A stretch of 46,371 nucleotides of DNA from Candidatus Bathyarchaeota archaeon (lineage in GTDB: Archaea > Thermoproteota > Bathyarchaeia > Bathyarchaeales > Bathyarchaeaceae). Within the stretch, counting starts at the first letter, position 1. Each line of letters opens with the position of its first letter. Location of the stretch: positions 1 through 46,371 of the forward strand of contig CAVOMX010000015.1 in assembly GCA_963697165.1 (NCBI GenBank). Direction: 5' to 3'. A program made the position numbers and the translations under genes. Below, one piece after another: positions 1-9,286 of the stretch. A model generated the notes under the pieces. It was not told the origin of the DNA. It did not search any database and saw only the letters and a program-made list of their open reading frames with translations.

Positions 1-209
1 TGAAGACCCGAAACTTGTCAACTTTGGGTTTTGGGCTAATTTTGATTCCTTCCTATACACCTATATTCGACCAAATATGTTATAGTAATACGTAGGATTC
101 TCTTAGTGACGTTGGGCAAAAGGCTTGCAATGCGTTTTTGCCGTTTATTTTGATTATTCTACTAAAAATATAGAGAAAAAAATGTGAATTTGAGAGGAGG
201 GATTTTGAA

Positions 210-446
210 TTGATTACTGGATTTGTGTTTATAAACACTGAGAAGGGTAGAACTTTGGATGTTGTTTCGAATGTGGCAAATGTTAAGGGTGTCAAAACGG
301 CTTGTGTTATTACGGGACCTTTTGATATTGTTGTAACCTTTGAAGTGGAAGACGTTAAGGATGTTGGCGAGATGGTTGCGAGAGGAATAGATTGTGTAGA
401 CGGAGTTTCCCTAGCGCAGACAGCAATTTGTGTCAAATGTTGCTAA
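210..446 (+). CDS. Stand-alone Lrp/AsnC ligand-binding (RAM) domain protein
   Basis: 78 aa with the pattern GFVFINTEKG...VITGPFDIVV...QTAI; no HTH; GGAGG SD upstream of the TTG start. Confidence 0.85.
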   Translation: MITGFVFINTEKGRTLDVVSNVANVKGVKTACVITGPFDIVVTFEVEDVKDVGEMVARGIDCVDGVSLAQTAICVKCC

Positions 447-463
447 AAATAAGCCTCTAAAAA

Positions 464-475
464 CCCCTTTTTTTG
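464..475 (+). terminator. C-run plus T-tract archaeal terminator
   Basis: CCCCTTTTTTTT just after the stop at 446; similar tracts at about 2624-2640 and 41923-41935. Confidence 0.5.
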
Positions 476-580
476 TCATATTATTCTGAGAAGAAATGAG
501 TAGCGGGTTACTTGGACAAAAAAATAGTTTCCGCTATTTTGTGTAGACCCTATTTGATTAAAGTGTGGCTTTTTATTCTG

Positions 581-715
581 TTAATGGAATGCTTTTTTTA
601 TTAATTTGATTTTATTTTTGAATTCTGTGGTTTCAATTTCTGTTTTTGTGTCCTCTGTTATTTTCTTTTTTGAATTAGAGGATTTGTAAAGATGCCAGTT
701 TGTTGTGAAGTTCAT
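581..715 (-). CDS. 44-aa microprotein, paralog of 3350..3484
   Basis: Manual translation MNFTTNWHLYKSSNSKKKITEDTKTEIETTEFKNKIKLIKKAFH; same length and terminal motifs as 3350..3484; AAGGTTGA SD-like site; conserved promoter. Confidence 0.75.
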   Translation of the reverse strand: MNFTTNWHLYKSSNSKKKITEDTKTEIETTEFKNKIKLIKKAFH

Positions 716-764
716 ACTTTTTTCAACCTTTTTTAGTTTAATATTTTCTGACTCTTTCAATTTA

Positions 765-786
765 TATTGAATATCAAGATTTAATA
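765..786. promoter_or_regulatory. Palindromic operator-like site TATTGAAT-N6-ATTTAATA
   Basis: Related copies at 3291-3312 and 13580-13601; abuts the TATA-like element of the 581..715 gene. Confidence 0.5.
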
Positions 787-1080
787 TATAATTATATATT
801 ACGGATTTCGATATATCAGCATTGAATGATGATAAATTAGCTAATTGGAGAAGTTGCTTCGCGAGGTTAGATTTAAAGCTAAGTATCTCCGGTTGCTGAG
901 GTTGTGTTTCAGCAGAATAACCGGTTTTTGCGGTGATTGGGTTTGTGTGGATAAAAATTGGTTACTTTTTGTTATTTTTTGTGATTTTGGTTTTGTTTGT
1001 TGAAGGAGCTTGAGAATGGGTATGGTTATATGGGGCAGTTTTTTATTTTTTGTTGATGTTCTTTGGCGGAGGCTTCTTTG

Positions 1081-1754
1081 TTGTTTTTTCTTGGGCACAT
1101 GACTTGGGCTTATGTTTGGGCTGTTGCTTTTGCGGGTAAACGTTGGGGTAAGCTTTTTGTTCCTGCTGTTTTGATGTTGGCAGTTTTACCGGATGTTGAC
1201 TTGTTTTTAGGAGGGTTCGGAGTGGGGCATCATACGTTTATGCATTCGTTGTTTTTTTGGTTTGTTTTGTTTTTGCCTTTTTTGGTGGTTTATCGTAGAT
1301 TGGTTGTTCCCTATTTTTTGGCTGTTGTGCAGCATTTTGCTTTTGGAGACTTGCTTGTGGGAGAGGTCATGCTTTTTTGGCCTTTTAGTTCCTCATATTT
1401 TGGTTTCAATGCTTGCTATGTTGTCTGTGTTTGATGTTGGTCTTGAGATAACGGGATTATTGTTAGCTGCTGGAGTTATGTATTTTAATGGAGATTTGAA
1501 GCGGCTGCTTTCAGTTAATGTCGCGTAATGTTTTGATGGTTGTTCCTTTGTTGGCTTTGGTTTCGTCGATGCTGTTTTTTGCAGTTGATGTGCCTATCAG
1601 TCCTTTAGTCTACCATATTTTGTCTAGTAGATTGTTAACAACCATATTTTTTGGGCACATAGTTCTAGTTGTATTCTTAGCTATCTCCACAGTGCAGGGA
1701 TTAAGAGGACTTATACGTGATCTATTTCATTCTGGAGTAAACAAATCAGATTGA
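1081..1754 (+). CDS. Membrane metal-dependent hydrolase (YdjM-like), split by two indels
   Basis: LGHM, LPDVD, HHTFMHS and QHFAFGD motifs; the hydrophobic chain continues through the ORF pieces ending at 1434, 1528 and 1754. Confidence 0.75.
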
Positions 1755-1957
1755 TGCGTGATTACGCATATTGTATTAAATGTATGCTCAACAATATCCT
1801 TACACGCCCTTAAGAGCATTTTTGGAGCTTCTAGAACCATTATTAAAAGTGAAGAAATGAGCTTGTATAGAATATTGAGGTAAATTTTCTGTAAGATTGT
1901 TCCAGAAAATGTATTATATGAATTAATAGAATTGTTATAAAAATGGAGATTAAAACA

Positions 1958-2614
1958 ATGAGTAAGAAAATTGTAAGCAGCATGCTGATTCTCGTTTTTG
2001 CATTAAACATTTTCGTTGCAGCCGTTAATGCTACTTGTGACCAACAATACCCACCACCAACTGACGATATATTTCCGATTGATGGCGCATACTTGTACCT
2101 ATACGATGCGGGAGACAACGTGAAAGTAGAAGGCACAATTACCTATAATTATCCCCCACTTCCGCCACCACCCTGTGATTCAGAGCAGTCATCAGAAGTA
2201 TATACTGCCGTAGCTAGTCTCGATTCAGAAGTAGTTCCAGCCTGGGATATAAGAGTCACTGGTGATTTTGGAAGTGCAATATTGGGTCTACCTTGGAGTG
2301 GGGTACAACCAACGGAGATGTGGCAGATTGACATTGTACCTGGTGATGTGAATTACGATGGGACAGTGAATTGTGAAGACATTAAAATCATAATCATGGC
2401 ATATGGTTCTTCGCTTAATAGCCGGTCTCTGCGGTCAAGATACAATCCAGACTGTGACTTAAACGGTGACAATAGAATTAATCTGAGAGACTTATGCATT
2501 GCCCTCAAGAACTTTGGAGAAACAGCAGATTGGATGCCATTACCAAATGTGGTTGTTATTGGCAACATGATCTATGGAGAACCTGACCACTTTTCAATAT
2601 TCCGTTGTCGCTAA
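1958..2614 (+). CDS. Secreted dockerin type I domain protein
   Basis: Signal peptide; paired Ca-binding motifs GDVNYDGTVNCED and DLNGDNRINLRDL; C-terminal DHFSIF. Confidence 0.8.
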   Translation: MSKKIVSSMLILVFALNIFVAAVNATCDQQYPPPTDDIFPIDGAYLYLYDAGDNVKVEGTITYNYPPLPPPPCDSEQSSEVYTAVASLDSEVVPAWDIRVTGDFGSAILGLPWSGVQPTEMWQIDIVPGDVNYDGTVNCEDIKIIIMAYGSSLNSRSLRSRYNPDCDLNGDNRINLRDLCIALKNFGETADWMPLPNVVVIGNMIYGEPDHFSIFRCR

Positions 2615-2951
2615 ACTTCCAATCCCCCCTTTTCTTTTTTATTTATTTTGCTATTCATGTTTTGAAACTATCAACCTGAAAGAAATTGTTTCAGTCTCCC
2701 AAAAAAACGGTTACATTTTGTGGGCGATCAATAACAGCTTGATAATTTTTAACATTAAATAAGTCAATCAACTTAGGATACATGATGGTTTAAAAATTTA
2801 AAAAGAAATATTATTTGTCTCTGATAAACGAATTGAAAATCTTTAGGGACAACACAACTAATTTAGGAAACAAAAAGGGGAAATAGAAAGAGTTAAAGCA
2901 TTCGCTGGAAAATGGAAACGTGTATTTCAAGAAGATATGCTTTACCAAGAT

Positions 2952-3200
2952 TTACATTTGTATTTTGTATTTAATGAAGGCTTTCTGTAGGGCTTCATCT
3001 CGTTGTTTGGTGAAATTTATTTCTAATACTTTTCGTAGGCGTTCGTATGTGTATTGGTCGATTATGTCGTTTTGGAGTTGAGTGTCTAGTCTTTCGAATT
3101 GTTTAGCTATGGCTTGTTTTTCTTTCACTCTTTCTTTTACGTAATTTCGTATTAGTTTTAGAGTGTTGGTTTTTGGTTCCATGGCGAAATGAAGGCCCAT
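2952..3200 (-). CDS. Hypothetical helical protein
   Basis: 82-aa ORF with natural composition; a minus-strand CCCCTTTTT tract lies downstream near 2875. Confidence 0.6.
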   Translation of the reverse strand: MGLHFAMEPKTNTLKLIRNYVKERVKEKQAIAKQFERLDTQLQNDIIDQYTYERLRKVLEINFTKQRDEALQKAFIKYKIQM

Positions 3201-3290
3201 TTTGTCTCAACTCTTAAGATATGACGGATTATGGTTTAAAAAGAAAATTTCTATTGTGTAATGTATCGGCCTTCGTAATATGATCATATA

Positions 3291-3312
3291 TGTTAAGTCG
3301 TAACATTCAATA
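3291..3312. promoter_or_regulatory. Operator-like site TGTTAAGT-N6-ATTCAATA
   Basis: Same position relative to the TATA-like element as the 765-786 copy. Confidence 0.45.
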
Positions 3313-3349
3313 TGTATTGCTTGGGAAAATTTAGGAGAAGGGGTAAAAA

Positions 3350-3484
3350 ATGGAAAATACAACAAACTGGAATCTATACACATCAGTTGCATCTGAAAAG
3401 AAATCAGAAGAGGTCCCTAATACTCAGGAAAAAAATGAGGAACTGCAAAAATTGATTCGAGTGATAAAAAAAGCATTACAGTAA
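3350..3484 (+). CDS. 44-aa microprotein, paralog of 581..715
   Basis: MENTTNWNLYTSVASEKKSEEVPNTQEKNEELQKLIRVIKKALQ; purine-rich GGAGAAGGGGT SD. Confidence 0.75.
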   Translation: MENTTNWNLYTSVASEKKSEEVPNTQEKNEELQKLIRVIKKALQ

Positions 3485-3497
3485 TAGACTTTCTTGT

Positions 3498-3638
3498 TTA
3501 GAAGCTGGCTACTCCTTTCTTTTCAGAATAGTCGTACCATTTCCACATTTTATTAATTGCTTCTGTGGAATATCCTCTGTCTTTGAGCATTGCACTAAAA
3601 TCTTTAGAGGCCTTCATCATTTCCCGTCCAACGTACAT
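3498..3638 (-). CDS. 46-aa small protein
   Basis: MYVGREMMKASKDFSAMLKDRGYSTEAINKMWKWYDYSEKKGVASF; amphipathic with protein-like composition; convergent with 3350..3484 across a 13-nt gap. Confidence 0.6.
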   Translation of the reverse strand: MYVGREMMKASKDFSAMLKDRGYSTEAINKMWKWYDYSEKKGVASF

Positions 3639-3793
3639 AGTTGAGCCTTAAGAGATTTGCTAATCCTAAATCTGTATCTGTATTATTGTATAACACAAAT
3701 ACACTTGCCTACAAATTTCCTTTTTAGATATGTATCGCTGCTTGAAATAAGCAGTATATCTTCTGACTGACCTATGAATTACATAGTGTTGAT

Positions 3794-3931
3794 ATGCCAG
3801 AGAAGAAACGTTCAAGAGAAGATTTTGAAGCATATCTAAAAGCTATGTTAGATCAGGATTACCCCAAAGTAAAATATCAGAGTCCTGATGCATGGCATCA
3901 AAGGGCTTTCAGAAAAAATAAGACGCACTAA
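3794..3931 (+). CDS. 45-aa small protein
   Basis: MPEKKRSREDFEAYLKAMLDQDYPKVKYQSPDAWHQRAFRKNKTH; divergent from 3638. Confidence 0.4.
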   Translation: MPEKKRSREDFEAYLKAMLDQDYPKVKYQSPDAWHQRAFRKNKTH

Positions 3932-4039
3932 CTCAGCAATTGCGCGCGCTCTTCGTTGCATCTTATGCATTTGCGTAATAATTATTTAAAAGCATTTGAT
4001 ACACTTGGTTTATCAATTACTAAAGGTACAGGTTTGAGT

Positions 4040-5107
4040 ATGAGAAAATCTATTTGCCTAAAAGCGATTCTATCCATTTTTGTTATTTCCTTCTTCTTGA
4101 CTCCTTTTATAGTAAGTGTGCAATCTGCAAGCTGGAGTTGGAACAAAGTGGAAAGCCCAATCAACGAGAGTTTTAAGTCGGTATCTATGGTTGATCCAAA
4201 TAATGGATGGGCGGTAGGTTGGAATGGAGTAATAATTCGATGGGATGGAACAAGATGGAACAACGTAACCAGCCCAACCAAGGCCGATTTGAAGTCCATA
4301 GATATGGTTAATTCAGATGAAGGATATGCAATAGCCATCGTAGGCGGAGTAAGTGCGTTAAATGAATCAGTAATCCGATGGGACGGAACAAGCTGGAACA
4401 ACGTAACAACCCCCCGAAGCTATTTAAGTTCTATAGATATGGTCAGCTCAACTGAGGGGTGGGCAGTAGGACCAAGTGGACGTATATTTAGATGGGATGG
4501 AACAAGCTGGAGTCGTGTAGAATGCCCAATCAATAGTCCGTTGGAATCGGTGGATATGGTCAGCTCAACTGACGGTTGGGTAGTAGGTCGGAGAGCAGCT
4601 ACCTCAGGCATTAACAGCTTACTTCATTGGGATGGAACCAACTGGAACGTAGTAGAAAGCCCCAAGATTGTTGGAACTCGAACGTTATGGTCAGTTGATA
4701 TGGTGAGCTCTACTGACGGGTGGGCAGTAGGTGATGGTGGGATAATAATAAGATGGGATGGATCAAATTGGCAGAATGTAACAAGCCCAACTACGAAACA
4801 CTTGTTTTCGGTGGATATGATTAATTCAACTGATGGGTGGGCTGTAGGGTCTGACGGATGTATAATCCGTTGGGATGGAACAAGCTGGAACAATGTTACA
4901 AGCCCAAATACTGCATGGTTAAACTCCGTGGATATGATTAGTTCAACTGATGGGTGGATAGTAGGAGCTAATGGAAGCATATATCATTGGCAGGAAGAAA
5001 ATGTTAATGTCCCTACTGAATACCTATTTATCATAGGCTCTGTTGTAGCTGTTGTGGTTGCTTGGTTTTTCCTTAGGAAAAGAAACCTGAAAAAGAAAAG
5101 TCTATAG
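4040..5107 (+). CDS. Membrane-anchored beta-propeller repeat protein (Ycf48/BNR-like)
   Basis: Signal peptide; 7 repeats of about 40 aa (SVDMVSSTDGWAVGxxGxIIRWDGTSWNNVTSP); C-terminal TM helix plus basic tail. Confidence 0.85.
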   Translation: MRKSICLKAILSIFVISFFLTPFIVSVQSASWSWNKVESPINESFKSVSMVDPNNGWAVGWNGVIIRWDGTRWNNVTSPTKADLKSIDMVNSDEGYAIAIVGGVSALNESVIRWDGTSWNNVTTPRSYLSSIDMVSSTEGWAVGPSGRIFRWDGTSWSRVECPINSPLESVDMVSSTDGWVVGRRAATSGINSLLHWDGTNWNVVESPKIVGTRTLWSVDMVSSTDGWAVGDGGIIIRWDGSNWQNVTSPTTKHLFSVDMINSTDGWAVGSDGCIIRWDGTSWNNVTSPNTAWLNSVDMISSTDGWIVGANGSIYHWQEENVNVPTEYLFIIGSVVAVVVAWFFLRKRNLKKKSL

Positions 5108-5224
5108 AAATGCGCCCGCACAGTTTTCGAGTAAGTGAAGTTTAAAGGCTTCCCGAATTTTATGAAAAAAATAACATCTTTAAAATTTAAAGAAAAGCAA
5201 ATCCAAAGTCCAATACATATCGGG

Positions 5225-6594
5225 TTAGTTTAATTGGGAGATCTGTTTTACGTATTTTTCGATGTCAAATTTGCGTCGCAAACCATTTGCATTCATGTAA
5301 CGAATTTTACCAAAAATTGAACGCTCTTTCCAGGGTCGGTCGTGTTTGCCAAAACACCAAGAACACCAGTAAAACCGTTTGGGTCACGTCCATCGAGTTC
5401 ATATTTATTGTTCAAATAAAGCATATACTCGTAGGCAATTTTTGGATTTTTTGTCCATTCAATAATTTTTTTACCCCAATACATTCGCATGTAACCGTGC
5501 ATTTTTCCAGTAACTATCATCTGTTTTTGGGCAGCATTCCAGTAAACATCATGGGTTTTTGCATTTTCTAACTCACCTAAAGAATAAAGATAGTCTCGGG
5601 TGTCGTTTTTGTGTTCGTTCAAACTCTTTTTAGTCCACTCTGGAAGCCCATCAAAAGAGTCATAATTATTGTTGTAGAAAACAAAATTAAATGCTAATTC
5701 TCGTCTGACAATTAACTGCTCTAAATAAGCATCCATACCCGGATTGTTTGACTCTAAAACATTTAAAGCAACAAAAATCGGCGATATCTGCCCAAAATGA
5801 AAATAAGGACTCATATTGGAAAGAACATCTTTTGTTGGGTCGTTTCGTTGATTATCATACTTTTCAAGCTTTGTTTCAATAAACAAATTAAGATGCTGTT
5901 TAGCATGACTGGTGCCTCCATGAAAGGTTTTCACCCTTTTGACACTTTTATCAATGTTTAAGTTCTGAACAGCTTCGTCAAGGTCACTAATTTCAAAGGA
6001 AGAAAAATCGGTTTTTGTTTTGGTTTTTTCAAGAACCGGTTGTTTATTCAAAACTAAAAACTTTGTAACAAGCTTCATTATTTTTCGTCGGATAGTGGCT
6101 GCACTGTATTCTTCTTTAGGAGAGACCAACTCAACTGGAACTACAACATTACACTCTATTTGCACCAAAGGACAAGAAACGTAGGATGCAACATAATTTC
6201 GCCATTGTCTTTCCGTTTTTGTGTATCCGGCGTCAACTACAACCACAGAAGCATTTTTTGCAACAGCGCACACTCCAACCGCGGGAGAAATGTTTTGAAT
6301 CAAAAAATGAAGGTTTTTTTCCTCAAACGATGTTTGAACTTCTTTTAGTCCCTCTAACATGAAATAGTAGTGGCGCTCATTTGCTTCAGGATAACTGTTT
6401 GTAATTGCAAAATATACGAGCAAAGGCTGATTTAACTTGTTTGCTAGCATTATTGCATAATCTAACGCTTGATTGTGTTCTGTTCTTTGTGTGACCTGCA
6501 TCCAATAAACAACAAAGTCTCCTTGCTTGAGCTGTTGATTGTTCAGAACTTTAATTCGTTCTTTTTCAATTTCTGGAAACTGCTTAAACTCCAA
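5225..6594 (-). CDS. phrB: Class II CPD DNA photolyase, with an indel near 5362
   Basis: VVYWMQ..QR..HN.AL, SNMSPYFHFGQIS, GKMHGYMRMYWGKK and NNKYELDGRDPNG motifs; the conserved tail WCFGKHDRPWKERSIFGKIRYMN lies in another frame ending at 5225. Confidence 0.92.
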
Positions 6595-6614
6595 GACTAT
6601 CCCTACTTCTCAAG

Positions 6615-6977
6615 CTATGGCTTATTTTGTAAAAATTCTTGAAGATTTGTTTTCCCCACTTTAAGAGATGGAAAAGCAGCAATAATATCGTTAGCAATTT
6701 TTGCCAAAATCTTTTTCACACCGTCAGTTTTTTCCACGTCAATTTGTGGATAAAGCCTTACAACTAAGCCATCTTCACGTTGTGATAGCAAAACAAGAAA
6801 ACTTGCTTTATTTTTAGCTTCTATTGCCATGGACTCGACCAAAATTGAGTCTTCATCTTGATTGATGAATTTATCTGAAATTTTTAGAATGTTTTTATCT
6901 TCACGGACAACAAAAGCTTCAATTTTTTCAAAGACATCACGCAAACTAATGTCTCCGGTTAAAACTACGTGTGGCAA
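6615..6977 (-). CDS. Hypothetical protein co-oriented with the photolyase
   Basis: 120-aa globular ORF ending 20 nt upstream of the photolyase start. Confidence 0.7.
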   Translation of the reverse strand: MPHVVLTGDISLRDVFEKIEAFVVREDKNILKISDKFINQDEDSILVESMAIEAKNKASFLVLLSQREDGLVVRLYPQIDVEKTDGVKKILAKIANDIIAAFPSLKVGKTNLQEFLQNKP

Positions 6978-7113
6978 ACTTTTCCCCCTATTAGAAAGAC
7001 TATAATGAATCCTTAACTAGGTTTCGACAAAGATGAGAAAAAAGCATTCAGATAAAACATCAGGAATTAGATTGGATATCCATCTTCACTTAGATAGATT
7101 GTGCTTTCTTTTA

Positions 7114-7458
7114 TTCCAGGAAAGAGCCATACAGACCACTAGTTGATAATTTTGTTATTGAATACGTAAAGAAATTGAAAACAAAAGATTTTGAAAAAAA
7201 TTACCGAAGCAAGAAACCACGAATTTTTCTAAAGCATGAAGAGTCTTCTAAACTAATTGTTGAATTAAATTCTTTCTTGGATAATAAAATAAAAAGCAAA
7301 TAACACGAAAATTTGGTAAATACTCAAAAATCACAACAATAATTCGAGGAGACATAGAAAATCTAGCAAGGTTCCTTAGAAAGGATATCAAAACATGGAC
7401 TCCAACAGCAGACACTTCGAGGATTAGTTCAAGTTTAAAACCCATAAAAATGAATTAG
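7114..7458 (+). pseudogene. cas1: 3' remnant of a Cas1-family gene
   Basis: FQE/PYRPLVDNFVIEYVKKLKTKDF...RIFLKHEESSKLIVELNSFLDNKI/KQITRKFGKYSKITTIIRGDIENLARFLRKDIKTWTP resembles the Cas1 C-terminal D-x-x-E-P-[FY]-R-P-x-V-D motif and terminal helix; two indels and no N-terminal part. Confidence 0.6.
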
Positions 7459-7541
7459 AAAAAAAATGTGAGACAATGTAAGCACATGTAAACTTCAGAG
7501 TTTATATCGCTCTTAACAATGCTGTATTTATTGCGATCATT

Positions 7542-7697
7542 ATGACAGAACTTTTTGAGTCTAACATATCAGTTCAGTTTGTTCTTAATGTTCTTAGACA
7601 ACATGAAATCGAGTTAGATCGGTTAATTGCTGAACTTGGGGTTTTAGTTGAGAAAGTAGATTATTTGGCAAATAAGATGGAACAAAGTGAAGTCTAA
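7542..7697 (+). CDS. 51-aa coiled-coil small protein
   Basis: MTELFESNISVQFVLNVLRQHEIELDRLIAELGVLVEKVDYLANKMEQSEV with clear heptad periodicity. Confidence 0.6.
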   Translation: MTELFESNISVQFVLNVLRQHEIELDRLIAELGVLVEKVDYLANKMEQSEV

Positions 7698-7942
7698 TAA
7701 TCAGTTATTCAATAGGTTTTAACTCAAGACCTGTATCCACGTCTTATGAGTTTCAAGGGTAAATTGTTCTGTAAAAAATGTTTAATGGAACTTAAAATTG
7801 GTGATCGCATAAGGCAACGAAATGGTGGAAAATCAAAATTGATATCACGCAGTTTTGCTATGTTTCTTGGGGCAGAAAATGTAGCTATTATGAGACGATT
7901 ACCTAATTGATACTTTTAAGCGTTAAAGTCTAAAATTGTTTT

Positions 7943-8107
7943 TTGTCTTTCTTTAAAGGATCTTCTACACTTAGAATCACTCCAAAGAAAGAGAAACCAT
8001 CACCAAGGGTTGTTTACAAGTTTGGCGAGCAGAGTGATGCCATCGCAGAGTTTTTAAAGGAGAGAGAACGTATCAAGCGGATTTATCGTTCAATCTACAT
8101 ACCTTAA
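7943..8107 (+). CDS. Possible 54-aa small protein
   Basis: MSFFKGSSTLRITPKKEKPSPRVVYKFGEQSDAIAEFLKERERIKRIYRSIYIP, TTG start. Confidence 0.35.
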   Translation: MSFFKGSSTLRITPKKEKPSPRVVYKFGEQSDAIAEFLKERERIKRIYRSIYIP

Positions 8108-8360
8108 AAAAATTAGGAACGGACTCTGAATCACGAGGGATTAAGAGTTTCTCAAGGGTATTTTTTAGACCATTAGGAATAATGACGCAATCGACGCAAG
8201 GAAAAAAATTGCGAGTAGGTGATTCACTGAAAATTCAAGCATTTGTACAGGAGCACAATATCTCGCATAAAAGTGGTCGTTGCAATGCACTCTGTCTCTG
8301 GGGTATGTTTTCTGTCTGTTCTCTTTTTGTTTGTAAATACGAGATATCAGTGTTGTCTGA

Positions 8361-8618
8361 TTATCCGAAATGCGTGCGGTACTTGCAATCCCATCGGTCA
8401 TCCACATTTATCAGGTTCACGATATGAGATGAAGGAATGGACATTCGCGTTATGTCTGATGGTGATCTCCGAGTGACTGTGTTTCCGTCACCGTCTGTAC
8501 GAGAATCAATGTGTTGCACGTCTGTAGCTTCAGCGAACACTGGAGTCAGCGGAAATCCAGCGACGATCCCCAGCAATAAACTGAGTATTATGATTATCAT
8601 TTTGCCTCTCACGATCAT
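8361..8618 (-). pseudogene. Fragment of a secreted-protein gene
   Basis: Good signal peptide MIVRGKMIIIILSLLLGIVAGFPLTPVFA followed by a short, apparently frame-broken body. Confidence 0.35.
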
Positions 8619-9234
8619 GACAGACCCAATCTTTATAAAAGATGCAACTCCGCTTTAAAGAATATTGGGACCACGCCAAATTATTAGTACACAATATGCA
8701 TTTTCTTGCCACCCAAGGTTACCTAATGCAAAAACCAACTCCAGTACAACATTACCTAGGTAAAGTTCAAAACGAGCTAGGGAATACATAAAAAAAAGTC
8801 ATAATTTAACTCTAAACCCAAAACAACACACATACAAATATTTTTCGAGCCGTCTACGTTGTCAAGTCTAAGTTCAATGCCGCATTAGAGAACAAGCAGG
8901 TATTGTAAAACTAATCCAACTTTTAGGATAACAAGGTGCACAATGTCCTTATCAGACAGCACTCACACTTGCCAAGAAATGGCTCTCATAAATCCACCGA
9001 CTCGCTTTCCACATGTACCACAAAATCCTCAGTGTCATTTTTATCCCATGAATTAATACTCAACACATCGATAAAAATTGCGAATTTTAAGTCCTATTTG
9101 ATATTGAATACTCCTAGCAATTCAAGAATTATATACATATGGGTGTGATAAAACATGCGAGTCGAGCGAGAGCGAGCGCAAAATCACACACGCGTGTACA
9201 CGTGCAGGCGTCAATGTAAACACGTACATCTGTG

Positions 9235-9260
9235 TTTGGGGGTTAAATTTTAGCCCCAAA
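9235..9260. terminator. Stem-loop downstream of the PrcB-domain gene
   Basis: TTTGGGGGTTAAATTTTAGCCCCAAA inverted repeat. Confidence 0.55.
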
Positions 9261-9286
9261 CCAAACCCAAATTGGATTTTAAGCAT

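Noticed and set aside
841..1098. 85-aa Lys/Gln-rich minus-strand ORF
   Set aside because: It overlaps the hydrolase start, and its openness and composition follow from the local G/T skew. No motif supports it.
4130..4990. Periodic direct repeats (TGGGATGGAACAAGCTGG and similar) as a CRISPR array or DGR repeat
   Set aside because: They are degenerate, in-frame coding repeats of propeller blades. There are no unique spacers and no reverse transcriptase nearby.
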